A stretch of 63,533 nt of DNA, counting the filler, from Craspedostauros australis (lineage: Eukaryota), in assembly GCA_030167865.1 (NCBI GenBank). It is 11 parts of 11 records of this genome, joined end to end, with 100 filler letters (N's around TTAATTAATTAA, not from the genome) between each part and the next. Parts side by side here need not be neighbours in the genome. Positions count along the whole stretch, not along the records: positions 30,001 to 50,997 come from JALAGF010003633.1; 10 more parts are not named here. One strand, 5' to 3'. This document shows, piece after piece, positions 36,659 to 48,937 of the stretch. Positions within the stretch are counted from its first letter, which is position 1, and every line of letters begins with the position of its first letter. Both the position numbers and the translations under genes were made by a program. Under the pieces are notes generated by a model, which was not told the origin of the DNA, did not search any database, and was given only the letters and a program-made list of their open reading frames with translations.

Positions 36659-37719
36659 CTTTGTATTATCTGTGGTCTGTTTTATCTGTTTGTCTGCTTG
36701 TCTGTGGTCTGTTGGGGGGTGTTCGTTGATGGCGGATGCTGTGGATGCTTTGTCAATGCTGCTGATGCTTTGTCAATGCTGCTGATGCTTTGTCAATGCT
36801 GCTGCTGCTGCTGCTGCTGCTGCTGATGCTTTCCCTTGCCAACTTGCTGGAATTATGAGAATTGTGAAGAGAGATGATGGTCAACGCTTCAGTTGCTGCT
36901 GCGTTTGTGCGGAGTCGTGCGATGCGATGCGCGATGTTATCGTGTGCTATCGTGTATTGTCGTGTGATGCATTGGATTGTGAGGTGTTGTATCGCTTGGC
37001 GTGTTGTTGTTGTTGTTGGGCGGAGTCGAGAGAAGTTGGACTGCGTCCAGCTGCATCGATCTCAACTGAACTGAACTGGCCTCCAGGCCATTCGAGCGTG
37101 CTCATCCCTTCGCCCACGGAAGCTGGCCGCGTGGGTGGGACGACAAGGACGGATCGATCCACGACGGGTACACGCTGCAATCAATCCGTTTGATGGGATT
37201 GGTAGCGGACGGGACGACTGAACTCTCTGGTTCAGGGGATCGGAGGCGTTCCCCAAAGATCTACACTCTGTCGTGTTATCTGAACACTTTTGTCGTGCGC
37301 TGTCTTGTTGGGCCATTACGAGCATCGACAGTGACAACCACGACGCCGCAACGTGTGTGTTTTCGCTATCTTCCGTGCCAGGGATGTGTGCGTGTAAAAG
37401 TGCCACTCGACCAATATTTTGGAATTCTGTCCATTTTGTGGCCGCATTGTCGTTCGATACACATGAAAATTATCCGCGCACACCGACCAACGGCCCAAGA
37501 ACGAAACATTGATCGTGACAGCGCCCCAAACTTGACTACGTTTCTGGCCAATCGACCCCCTAAATATTGGCGCCTCCAAATGTCACACCAACAACAACAA
37601 CAAATGCCAAGAATCTCCGACACACCAAGAGGGAATCTACTCAGCGAGCAACAAACAGGTGTCATGCAACCAGTTCTCTCGTGCACCACACTATTCGAGC
37701 CATAATGTGACATAAATAC

Positions 37720-38780
37720 ACCTCAAATTATGTACTTGAGCAGTAGATTGTGGCACTTTCCATAGACCAATGTGCATCGGCACATCGTATCATCCAAACA
37801 ATGGACTGAGAAGAAGTTGAGCTGGACTGTGCAGAGCAGAAGTCTAAGTCCTCTATCTAGGACATTCAAGGCTGCAACTCCCTCCATCTCCGACCAACAA
37901 CTTTTGGGGGTGTCGTCTCCGTCACACATACAAATGACAACGAACAATGCGTTCTGTTGTAAATACTTGGGTCATTGTGACCACAACGCGCCTCAGATTC
38001 GAAAAACTGGGAGCGGCGTGCTCGACTTTGAAAAAGAGCTCTACAGGTGTGTTTGGGTAACATTCCAAACAATTCGGGGGCGACTAGTCTTGTGGAGCGT
38101 ATCAACGGGGTCACAAGTTTGCAACTCCGACACCCACCAAGCCTGCCAAAAAATCAAGGAGGCGAACAGGATGCGCACAGATTCCAGAAACGCGAAAGCG
38201 AAGGAAGAGACACACATCCAGCGTCCCTTCTCATGATCATCATCCACACCATGCGGACCTGCCGAAAAATGTGGCACCTCAGCTTGCTTCCGAATCTTCG
38301 AGCAGACAGCGGAAGAGCGATGATTCGTGTGTGCCGCATCTTGTCTCCCTCGATCGTGTCAAAGTCTGCAGGTCGTGTTGGCCTCACATTTTAATCCAAT
38401 TTGCAGTGTATGTCGTGCGGTGTAGCTCGTGGGGCACATCCCATTTCGTTCCACGCGCAACAGAGGTCAACAGGTGACCAAGGGGGTTTGTGGCCATCCA
38501 CCACAGCAACAACCACTTCGGGAATGTGTCACCTCTCCACGAGTATTGAGGCTATGTTCAGCATTGCCCGAGCAACTATGATACATAGAGTACGTGCAGG
38601 ACCGTGCGCGTGCTCGTGTTTGTGCCACCCCAATCGATCCGGTACAGAGTGCAATGCATGTGCAATGCATTCTGGCTGACCTGGAAATCTCGTCACGTGA
38701 GGCGTTGATGGCTTTGACATTGCACGAACGACAGCCAATTGCATGGAGGTGTTGGAGGGGTTTCAGGCGCATTGGATCAT
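37720..38780 (-). pseudogene. Highly degraded hAT-like transposase remnant (tentative)
   Basis: CIAHALH (CxxH motif) at ~38649-38669, preceded by NVKA and followed by a TKW (TRW-like) motif in shifted frames. Confidence 0.3.
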
Positions 38781-39699
38781 GCACTGTGCGTTGGCGTGAG
38801 TGTGTGGAGAAACACCTGTGTTGAATTGGGGGACATGCTGGCTTTGATGATTGACTTCGTTGATGTGAGCATGCGAGCATACTCCATAGGACTAATAGCT
38901 TTAGAGAGAGAGCGGGAGATTTGTTGCAGATTCTCCACGAACTACGGGTGCGCAGGAAGGGGGCCTCGCAAGGCGACCATGCGTCTCCATCGAGGACAGT
39001 GTTGTGCGTATTCCAGGAAAAGAGCAGTCCGCAGTCATGAACGATCTGTGGCGTTCCATTGGTGTTGGGTCCGTTGGCTGCCCTCCTCGACTAATAACAG
39101 ATGTCTACCAACAGAGAGAGTTCAATCTCCTGGCCATTCGTATGTACTCCCGCTTGCATTCGCCCATGCATCTGAATAGTATAATAGATTGCAATAGATC
39201 AGCCATCCCCATAGCATCAAAGTCTTCGCTCCTGTTCGGGGAGTCTGCATCGTCCAATATTGTTGGGAGGTTGGAGTCTAATATTCTATTCTATTCTATT
39301 CTACCACCGGTTGCATTCGTCATTCGTCGGCACTGCCCTCGCCTCCTTCCCACACGAATCGAAGGCAACGTTCCATTGCTTCCCCGCATGATGGAGGCGT
39401 GAATACATGCATCAACCCAACCGATTTTGTCGAGGCCTGTGAGTTTGAAGGAATTTGTTCATCCACAGCTTCCCAGTTGTTCGGCGATGCTGCCGTCATG
39501 TGAGTGCATCCGTTGTCTCCTTTCTCACTTGGAGATTTGTAAAAGTGATGGCCATTATTTTCATCGAAGCTTCTTGATTCTGCCAGAGCCGTTCCATCCT
39601 CTCTTCGATCCAACTCCTATTGAACCAATCCCACTTCTGGTTCTGAGACGACGAATGAGGCTTGTGCTCTAAAATAGAGTGTACTCCATTCTGCAGTGC

Positions 39700-40447
39700 G
39701 ATACGTATGTGTGGTACATCAGAGATAGTACTAGCGCTTGTGTCAGGATGACTCAGTCGATTGGCCCGCCACACGGTAGCTGCGCCAAGGCTATGACGGT
39801 CGCCATGCTCTGTTCACAGGGTGCACTTGTGCTCGCATCAGAGCACTGCAAGTGTGGATGAACCAATGCCCAAGAAGCTGCAACGAACCTTACCAACATG
39901 GCACGCTCCGTGTTTGAATGCTCTTGGCACCTTGTGCCTGTACGCAAGTCCAACATCAAATGGCAGCACGCAATTGACACACCGAGGCACGATGCTGCAA
40001 TTGAGCCGCAACCGGTCACTGCATCCGCTATCCATACACAGACGTACGAGATACGAGTCGACGGGCAAATGGGCGGCGTACTTAACTGCCTCATTCATTA
40101 CGAGTACGATTCCCTGCGTGATGTTGTTCTTGGACATGTCTTTGCGCGCGTTGTCATTCGAATTCAGCAATGCTACCTTCCGTGCACTATGGTACGTTCT
40201 GCATGAGGGAAGAGAGAGTCCAATGGTATTTTACCCTTGAGTACCGTTGTGGCAGTATTGGCCGCATGCTGCCTGCTTCTCCAAGTGCGGATTCATCCAT
40301 ACAAACGCAACGTGCGGGGGATCTGCGACCGCTCTGATTGTTGCTCGACCGCACCCAGCTGGCTGCTGATCTACTATATGTATTCCATCGCCCAATCACC
40401 CAATCATCCAACACATGCGATCGCACAGTATCCAATAATTCATCCAT
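39700..40447 (-). pseudogene. Degraded piggyBac-like transposase remnant (tentative)
   Basis: LDDWVIGRWN...P..CVCMDES resembles the piggyBac xVDES catalytic block; later PVDSYL (DSYF-like). Confidence 0.25.
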
Positions 40448-40484
40448 TGTCCATTTGATTTGTTCTCTTTTCCGTGTTGATGAC

Positions 40485-41186
40485 CTACGTCATGGACATC
40501 ATCGCATGCTCGTACTGATTCCTTCTGTGGACCGACTGGCGGTAGTCATCCTCAAGCTCCTGGAACTGGGGAGCAAAGTCCTGCGCCTGCAGCTGCTCTC
40601 TTTGGAAGTTGACCTCCTCGACAGCATCGCGCTGACGCTTGAGCGAGGCCTCCTGTCCCACCTGCACTCCCTTGAGCCATCCATCGACGCAGGCCTTCCA
40701 TTGCTTGGTCGACTCCCCTTTCTCGGCCTCCAGCGTGAGATGGCGCAACCGTTCGGCCTCGTAGCGGGCTCTGGCGTGGCGGACCGCTTTGCGTTGCTTT
40801 CGGATGACATCGTCGTCGTCGCCTTCCACGTCCATTCCATCCTCATCTTGCATGCCAGGCGCCGTGCCCTTCGAGAGCTGATCGACGATCTTGAGATGGT
40901 TGCGCGATTTGTACTCGCCATCCACGATGAGGGTCTGGTACTCCTTGTTGAGAATGTCCGTTCGGTTGCTGCTGTTGTCATCCGCGCTGCTGCCGCCCGA
41001 CGGTTGCTTCGATTCCATCTCCTGCACACGCGGGTGCATGGCGTCGGAACTGGCCTTCTGCAGCTCCTCATCGATCAAGGCCATGGCGTAGTCCTCATAA
41101 TCGGGATGGATCTGATCGATGTAGGGCAAGGAATCGAAGACGACCTTGGTGCCATCGTTGATGGTGAGAACGGAGGTGTTGGGCAT
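40485..41186 (-). CDS. BCAS2: Pre-mRNA splicing factor SPF27/BCAS2 (233 aa)
   Basis: DSLPYID...ALIDEEL N-terminal signature; coiled-coil VEEVNFQREQLQ. Confidence 0.85.
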   Translation of the reverse strand: MPNTSVLTINDGTKVVFDSLPYIDQIHPDYEDYAMALIDEELQKASSDAMHPRVQEMESKQPSGGSSADDNSSNRTDILNKEYQTLIVDGEYKSRNHLKIVDQLSKGTAPGMQDEDGMDVEGDDDDVIRKQRKAVRHARARYEAERLRHLTLEAEKGESTKQWKACVDGWLKGVQVGQEASLKRQRDAVEEVNFQREQLQAQDFAPQFQELEDDYRQSVHRRNQYEHAMMSMT

Positions 41187-41900
41187 GTTGTTGGATTGGC
41201 GCTGTTCTGCTTCCGCGATTGATGTTTCGGTGTCAGTGTCACGGTGCTGCGGTGTCAGATGATGCGTCGTTACCTTTGATGTTGTTGATGCTTGCGTCCA
41301 CAGTTGCGATTATCTCCATGTCCATGTGCATGTCCATGCTCAGGATCATGCTGGATGATCATGCTGGATGATCATGCTGGTGATGGTTCCCTCGCCATGG
41401 TTCACGTTGATGTTTCGTTGGTTGATTCTGCGCCATCTTCAGCGTGCTTGTTTTTTGGGTGGTTGTGGGCAGTTGTGTGTCGTGGATGAGATTCAATTCA
41501 TCGACTAATGTGACCACACGAGCAATCCCGGTGTCCTTCGATTCGTGTGACTCCTTGGAAAGTCATTTCTGTTCGCAATGCCGCGGTCTGCGCGCGCACA
41601 GAAGCGAAAACGCGCTCAGACACACGCAGTGAAGTGCGCTCAACCGGTGCAATGTGATGCGGCGCAAAACAGCACCATCGCCAGATCTCTTCCTTTGCAT
41701 TGGTGGCGTCTCCATCCGCAACGCCAACACCAGCAGCACAGAGCGGCTCCTCTTACCATACCAATACAAACGTTACGTTCTCCATCTCTGAGCAGACTCG
41801 TGCATACTCGCAGAGCAGAGCACTTGAATCGTATCGCCAGCATCCGGACGCATCATTGAACGGAAGGAGCAGCAACAGCAACCAACGAGCGCAAGCGAAG

Positions 41901-44477
41901 ATGGATTTTCTGAAGGACCTGAGCATCGACAAGGTCCGCAATCTTGCTGAGGATACGTGAGTCCTGCAAAGCATGTCGGAGTGTATGTCGGAGTGCATGG
42001 CATGGAGTGGCATGGCGTGTGATATAGTCCCACCGGTGCTGTGGGGAGTCTGTACGCTTCTGGCTTCTGGTGCTGCTGCCTTCTACACCTTGGCTTGGTC
42101 TGCCTTGTCTTGGCTTCTGTTGACGAGAGAGAGGGCGGCAGAGATGGCATGAAGATGGCGCCAAGAATGCACAGCACACAGTATATGATGCACGATCGAG
42201 GCCAAAGGTTAGGCCAAACACTGCACCGCCAATACTCCAACACCAAACAGCGCCAATGCATTCCGAGCAAGGAGTTGCGTTCTGTCTCTGACTCTGCCTG
42301 ATGATCAACATGTGATATGATGAATGCCATAATGTATTGTGATGTATTGCCTCCTCCACTTACCCATTTACCCGTTGTTGCAACCTCTTCAACACACTCC
42401 GCAATATTCCCTGCATCATACTCTACAACACACCACTCTACAATACACCACCCTGAAACAAATACAGCCTCAACCAGGTGAAGCCAAAGACCGACGTGGA
42501 AGCGCGCGTGTACGATGTGCTGTCCCACAAGAACTGGGGCGCCTCCTCCACTCTCATGAACGAGATCGCGAGGGACACGTACGACTACGATCGATTCGCC
42601 GTCGTCACGCGTCTCATGTGGGAGGCCATCGAGACGCAGCGTCCGGCAGCCTGGAAGATCGTCTTCAAGGGACTCACCCTGCTGGAGCACCTCATCAAGA
42701 ACGGCTCCGAGAAGTGCGTGGACGATGGAAGGAATCACGGCCACGCGCTGCGCCGCTTGGGACAGTTCAACTACTACGAAGGCACCATCGATCGTGGACT
42801 TGGTGTGCGCGAGAAGTCCAAGCAGATCCTAGAGATGCTGTCGGACGATGAGCGCGTCCGGGAGGAACGTCAGCGCGCCCGCAAGCTGCGCGAGAAGTTC
42901 GGCGGCAAGGGAGCGACCGCATCCAACGCCAAGCGCAGCGGTGGAGCCAACAAGTACTCCGGCTACGGCAACTCGGATGGTGGATGGGACAGCGGTGGTG
43001 GTGGCGGCGGCGGATACGGCGAAGGTGGAATCGATTCCGGTCGCGGAGGCACCAACAGCGCCTACTCCGGACGCTACGCATCGGACAACCGCTCCGCCAA
43101 CCCAGCACCCACCTTTGCCACCATTCCGGACGAGGGAAAGAAAAAGAAGAGCAAGAAGAAATCCTCCAGCAAGAAGAAGCAGTCGGCATCCAAGTCCGCA
43201 GTTTCTGCTCCTGCGCCTGCCCCAGCAGCACCAGGTACGTCATTGTGCGGAATTCATCCTTCCTCTCTCTCGCTCTCTCTCTCGGCACTTCTTGTTTCGT
43301 GCGTGTTGCTTGCATACTTGTTTGGAAAGGTCCGACGCAACGTCGTGACATTCAGATCTGGTTCATTCATTTGCATTCGTGCATTCATTCATTCACTCAC
43401 CAGTTTACCCACTCAATGCAATTATTGCAACGACATCGCGATGCCTACGAACGGATCACTTGATATTTTACTCTGCAAAACATGGTGGAATCGTTGGATG
43501 CAACTAATACCAAACGCTCCATGGATGCGCCGCACTCCTGCAACACGGCACATCACACCGCAGAGGTCGACTTGTTTTCGTTCGACGCTGCGCCAGCACC
43601 AACTCCTGCGGCTGCTGCACCGGCGGATGACGACTTTGCGAACTTTGCGGCCGCAGCGGGAACCAAATCGGAGCCAGCCCCAGCCGTCGTGGATGAATTC
43701 GATGCCTTCGCTTCTGCCCGTGTCGCACCTGTATCCATAGCACCACCGCCAGCACCACCGCAGGCCGCCCAGCCTGCCAACGATGCCTTCGGTGCCTTTT
43801 CTGCCGCACCAGCCCAGCCGCAGGTTAACGGAATGACCAATGCCTTTGGCAGCATGACCATGGCGGCTCCGCCTGCTACAATGGCACCCGTTCCGACTGC
43901 CGCACCAGACGACGATGAATTCGGTGACTTTGGTGGATCAGCGGCACCCGCCCCAGCAGCAGTCGCGGCCAAAAGCAACGACCCGTTCGGAACGTTGGTA
44001 TCCCTCGACGGATTGTCCAAGAATGAAAAGAAGGAAAAGCCTGCCGAGCCTGCCTTCGGAAGCAACGCAGGGGCAACGCACCAGCAGGCCGGTGTCGGTG
44101 TCGGAGCCGCTGGTGGAATGTCTGGCATGGCCATGCCATTGGGAAACCCCGTCGCCGGAGGCAGCGATGCCATCAGCAGCATGATGGATCCCGCATCCCT
44201 CGCACCAAAGGCACCCACGCCGCAGAAGCAGCCACAGCAACCGCAAGTCGGCGGCATGCCAGGAGTTACACCGCAAATGATGCAGCAAATGACCATGATG
44301 ATGCAACAACAGGGTCAGCAGGTGACGCCGCAAATGATGCAACAAATGATGATGATGATGATGCAACAGCAGCAGCAGCAAGGTGGCGGCGGCATGCCCA
44401 ACATGAATGGAATGGGCGGCATGAACCCACAGATGAACAATGGCAACAACGGAGGAATGCCTGGGAACTGGCCATGA
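41901..44477 (+). CDS. Epsin-related ENTH-domain clathrin adaptor (578 aa); exons 41901-41956, 42468-43234 and 43564-44477
   Basis: NWGASSTLMNEIA, WKIVFKGLTLLEHLIKNGSE, DRGLGVREKS; DLFSF/DDDFANF/DDEFGDF/DPF motifs; M/Q/G-rich tail; GT-AG introns give 1737 nt in frame. Confidence 0.92.
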
Positions 44478-47400
44478 TCGATACAAAATTTCCACTCCAA
44501 AAGTACCCTCTGCATATTCCTCAATGATGTGCAACAGTAGAACAAACCAGCACAAACAATACTCTCCGCCAAACGCGCAATCACACACATGCACACGTAT
44601 TGGTACGCACACATGCAACAAATCATACAGCACTACGAGTACATGTGGTGTGTGGTTTGGATGCACACATTTGCGGCATGTCCTCAGTCAATTGCCATAT
44701 CTCATGCTGGCATCATCAGTGTTCCCCAACGACATGACAACCACACTGGAATGTAGCGAAAATGAAAATACAACTACATCAATAGTAGCAACAACCGAAT
44801 CTAAAGGTTCTAAGGAGAGCGTCATGCAACAAAACAACTGCTGTTCTGCCAAGACAACTGTGTGACGATTGCTTGTGTTGCCATATCAGTATTCCAAGGT
44901 ACTCAACCGCAGCGTGCCACACAGGTGGAGAACTCGTTTGGAGAGCCGTAGTTTACGCGTGGCGAAACATCTGGTCGACTCGCTTAGTGCGGACGTCACT
45001 GCGCGGAACCACTTTGGGAACAAACACCTGCAAGGGTGGCTGCAGATGCAGGGCACCCGAGGGTAGATGAGTTCCTTGCGGCTTGGCAGCAGCAGCAGCA
45101 ACAAAATGAACTGTACGTATCATGCGTAAGACCAAGAATTGTTTGGTGCATCGAGCACGTGTCTTGTTTGGATTCATTACGAGAGTGTGTATCAATACCA
45201 TGTTAATACCATGCTGTAGTCGTTTGCATCACCCGCAACAAATATCGTTGCAGAGCATGCATGGCAGCAGAGAATGTAGAGCAGTCCACTCAACGAACCG
45301 ACCAGCCAACCGATCAGTCAACCATCGAGTCAACAGAACCACTGAAGCACCGATCATTTCGTGTGGAAGTACCCCCGCGTCAATGCCAAGTGCTCTCACC
45401 CACACCTGCTAGTCAGTATGCGTATCTCGAACACTTCCAGACTTTAATCGGACGCACGTACGTGCTATTCGCGTCTCCAAGTCTCGCGTCACACCAACGA
45501 TCGCTAGAAACACCCCATCACCGGCCGAGACCAACCCTCCCATCTTTCATCTGTGGTTCCGCAACGGTCTCCAGTTGCGCAGGAATGTTGCCATGGCTAT
45601 TTTTATCCAATTCATCATGGAGATGTGCCGACGAAGCAACGAAGCGTCGGTGTGGTGTTGACATGCGCGAGATGGATGCTCCGTCATACTTCTGGATCCG
45701 TGAATGGAGAGCGCCATAGCGTTAACGCTGTAGCCTACCTCCAGATATGTATGGTATCGTTGGATTCATACGAACAAGGTAATGCACCAAGCACGGCACC
45801 TTCTAGTTGGCGGCCCCGTGGCAACGATGTGGCACCCAGCACTTCATGCTGATGTGCCTGAGCTGCGTCCTTCGACCATCGTCGTTGGTGGCTACTTCCG
45901 AGATTGCAGCATGTTGTCAGTCTCATGAAAGAGACCAATGCCGTGGATTCATTTGATGTGCGGAGAGAGGCAGTGCCCGCAGATCCTTCGCCTTTCTCAT
46001 GTCCACACGATCGTGGACGGCATCTTCGCCATTGTCATTTCGTTTCCGTGTCGGTTTCCACGTTGCTTGCTTTGGTTTGGCGAAGCTCGGAGTCGTTGAT
46101 TCCACAAGAGTCCCCACTGCGATCGTCACATGGGAGACTACACCAACCAACCAACCAATCAATCAATCAATCAATCAATCGAGCAACTGCGACAGTCACA
46201 AAGAAAAGAAAAGATCTTCTGTCTTGGGTGGTTGTTGCTGGCGCATTCGCAAAACTGTCGTTTGTGCGTGCACGCGTGCGGGTAGAACAAAGATACCATT
46301 TCAAGAAGGATTCTCCATTAGGCGATCCACCAATGAAATCAACGGACGCGACACCCTTGTTCTCGCATCAAAACAGAACCGTTCTCTTCGTCGTCTGCAC
46401 AGTACCTCGTATCCAACCACGCCTCGATGTGTGCAACAACTCCAACACAAACCAACCAAAGATCCGTGATGCCCACTTCCACATCACCACACTCTTGGCG
46501 CACCGATTCGTTCATTCGACCATGGGCTTCGACAGTCGCAGCATCGACGGCGCCGCGGGATACGGCGTCATGGCGCCCAACAAGCACATCAAGGAGCTGC
46601 GAGAACCAGGATCATCGGCTCTGCGCGTACGTCATCCGTGATGCCTTCGTCTTTCCCGCCATGGAGAAGATGATCCCCACACCCACTGACGAGGCCCACT
46701 GTCTCAAGGACACGTTCTGCAATAGAAGGCGAGAACTTTCCACTGGTCCCCATGCAACAATCATCGCGACGATCTGGATGCGGACCTCATGGAAGTCGCA
46801 AGAAGTCTGACGCCCACGATGGTGCGCAAGTTGCGCTTGCCTCCTGGTGCCTACAGCTTCCTGCCGTTGCTGAGAGATGACAACATCCAGAAGAGCGAGC
46901 CGAAGAATTCGAGATTCGGTTGATCTGCCGCGACCAGCGTGATGCCACTCACAGCGTCGTCCGGCAGGCCTGCTTCGGATTGCGCAGACACGGACAGCGA
47001 TGCTGATCTGTGTTTCACATCGATTGTTACCATCTCCTGGATGTCCAGTTGACGTTCGTCGGTGATGGTGGGTCTGCCTACATCAAATTCCGCATCCTAC
47101 TGGAAACAACATCAGCAGGAACGACGACGATGACGATGACAATCACCGTTGGAACGACCTGTCGCAATACATCGATTGGCAGCACTACGCGGCTCAAGCT
47201 GCCCGTTGCATCCTCTCGACACTACTGCTCAGCCGCGCCAACCATGCCAGTATTGTCGTCGTCCCATTGGAGTGCATCGGCGCTGCCGAAGACTACAGCA
47301 ACGATGCTGGTAGCTGCGATTTTAAGAACATTCATGATGATGCACCATGCACACAATGAATACCTACAGTACCAAGGGGAGCAGAGGACTAGTCATTCTC

Positions 47401-47575
47401 GTTGAGCAATCAATCATTTCTAATGGAATGGCGCGCGTGCTCGTCTCCGCTACTCCATGCCGGCCACGACAGTATGGGTTGATACTTCCTGACTGTATCT
47501 ACGAGTATGATCCAGGCCCGTCCATTCTGGATCCGTTTCCTAAGCTTCGAACTTCTCCCATTCAGGGTAATTATT

Positions 47576-48483
47576 TTAATTGCCGTCGCTGGTGTTGTCG
47601 TCATCCATGTTGGTGGCACGATCAACAACATCCTCATCATCTGCTTCTTTTTCTTCGTTCACATGTTCCGCTTCGACCTTGGTCACGTGGGTGTGTGCCG
47701 CCGATTGTGGCTGTCCCGCTTGCGTCTCTCTTGATGGTTTGGCTTCGGCGACATCCAAACCATCACCTGTGACACTGCTCGAAGCGTTGCTCGAGGCACC
47801 ATCGCGAATGCGGATGACACGACGGCCGCCATCTTTACCCAGATGCTTCTTTGGCAGCGTGATGGTCAACAGTCCATCCAGCAGCTCGGCGTCCACTTTC
47901 TCCAAGTCAAATCGCGAATCACACAGGCGGAATCTCTTTTCGAATGATGCAGAGTACACACGGTTGTCTCGCTTTCCTTTGATCTCCAGCACCATCGCAT
48001 CCACATGGTCATCCGGCTTCAACGTGATGTCGATGTTGTTCAAATGGTATCCAGGAACATCAAGGGCGATGGTGAAGTTGCGATCGCTGTCACTGTCGCC
48101 ATCGATGATCTTGATGGATGGGATGTCGATCTTGGGTGTGGATGTGTTACTGCTGTTACTGTTGCTGGTGGTAGCTGTGGTGGCGGTAGTGGGTGTTTTC
48201 TTTGGTATTGGTGCCTGGCATGGCTCAGTCGCACGCTCATCTGCACTCATGGTGTGCAACGCAACAAGGGCATACCGCAGCACTTCATTTCGGCGTTTCT
48301 GTCAGAAGCGTGTCGGTGTTTGCGGGACTGATGACGGTGATGACGATGATGGCGATGACGGTGGCGCATTGGTGGGAAGGGGAATGGTGGAGCTCCCATC
48401 ATGGAAAGTAACTGTTGATGGAGGAAGGGATGAGGTGAGAGGAGGAAAGGATGAGGTGGGTGTTGTTGCCTTGTGAATATCAT
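47576..48483 (-). CDS. Small heat-shock protein (HSP20/alpha-crystallin) with a 1-nt frameshift at ~48288-48290
   Basis: FTIALDVPG, LEIKGKR, FEKRFRL, VDAELLDGLLTITLPK, RVIRI; adding one A joins ATG 48483 to the domain frame, as in the paralogue. Confidence 0.8.
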
Positions 48484-48937
48484 GGTTGCTGCTGCTTGTT
48501 TTCTGTTTCAACTTGCGTTTGCGATTACAAGAAAAAGTAGACGAAGTTTGATTTTATGATGTTAACGAGTTTGGCTTGACTTGCTGTTGATTCTCGCGGT
48601 GATTGCAGGCACATCATCGCACCAACTGTGTTGTTCATCCTTGAATGTGGCGAGGAAGCATACCTACGAGCGACTGGTATACCAGAAAGTCCCACATGAA
48701 GAAGGGAAAGACAAGGACGAGGCAAAGGCCAAGGCAGCGAAGAGAACGACGGCAACGACGGTACACACATCATGTCCGTACATCTGTAGGTATCGCGACC
48801 ATCAGAAGGGCAGGTTCCAAGTTGCTTTCCTTCCACACAGTCCCGTGACTCTTCCACTGTTGATGACGTACGTAGGACCAGTACAAAAACTTTTACGTAG
48901 AACACGTAGAAACACTACCAGCACAAAGTTGTTGACA

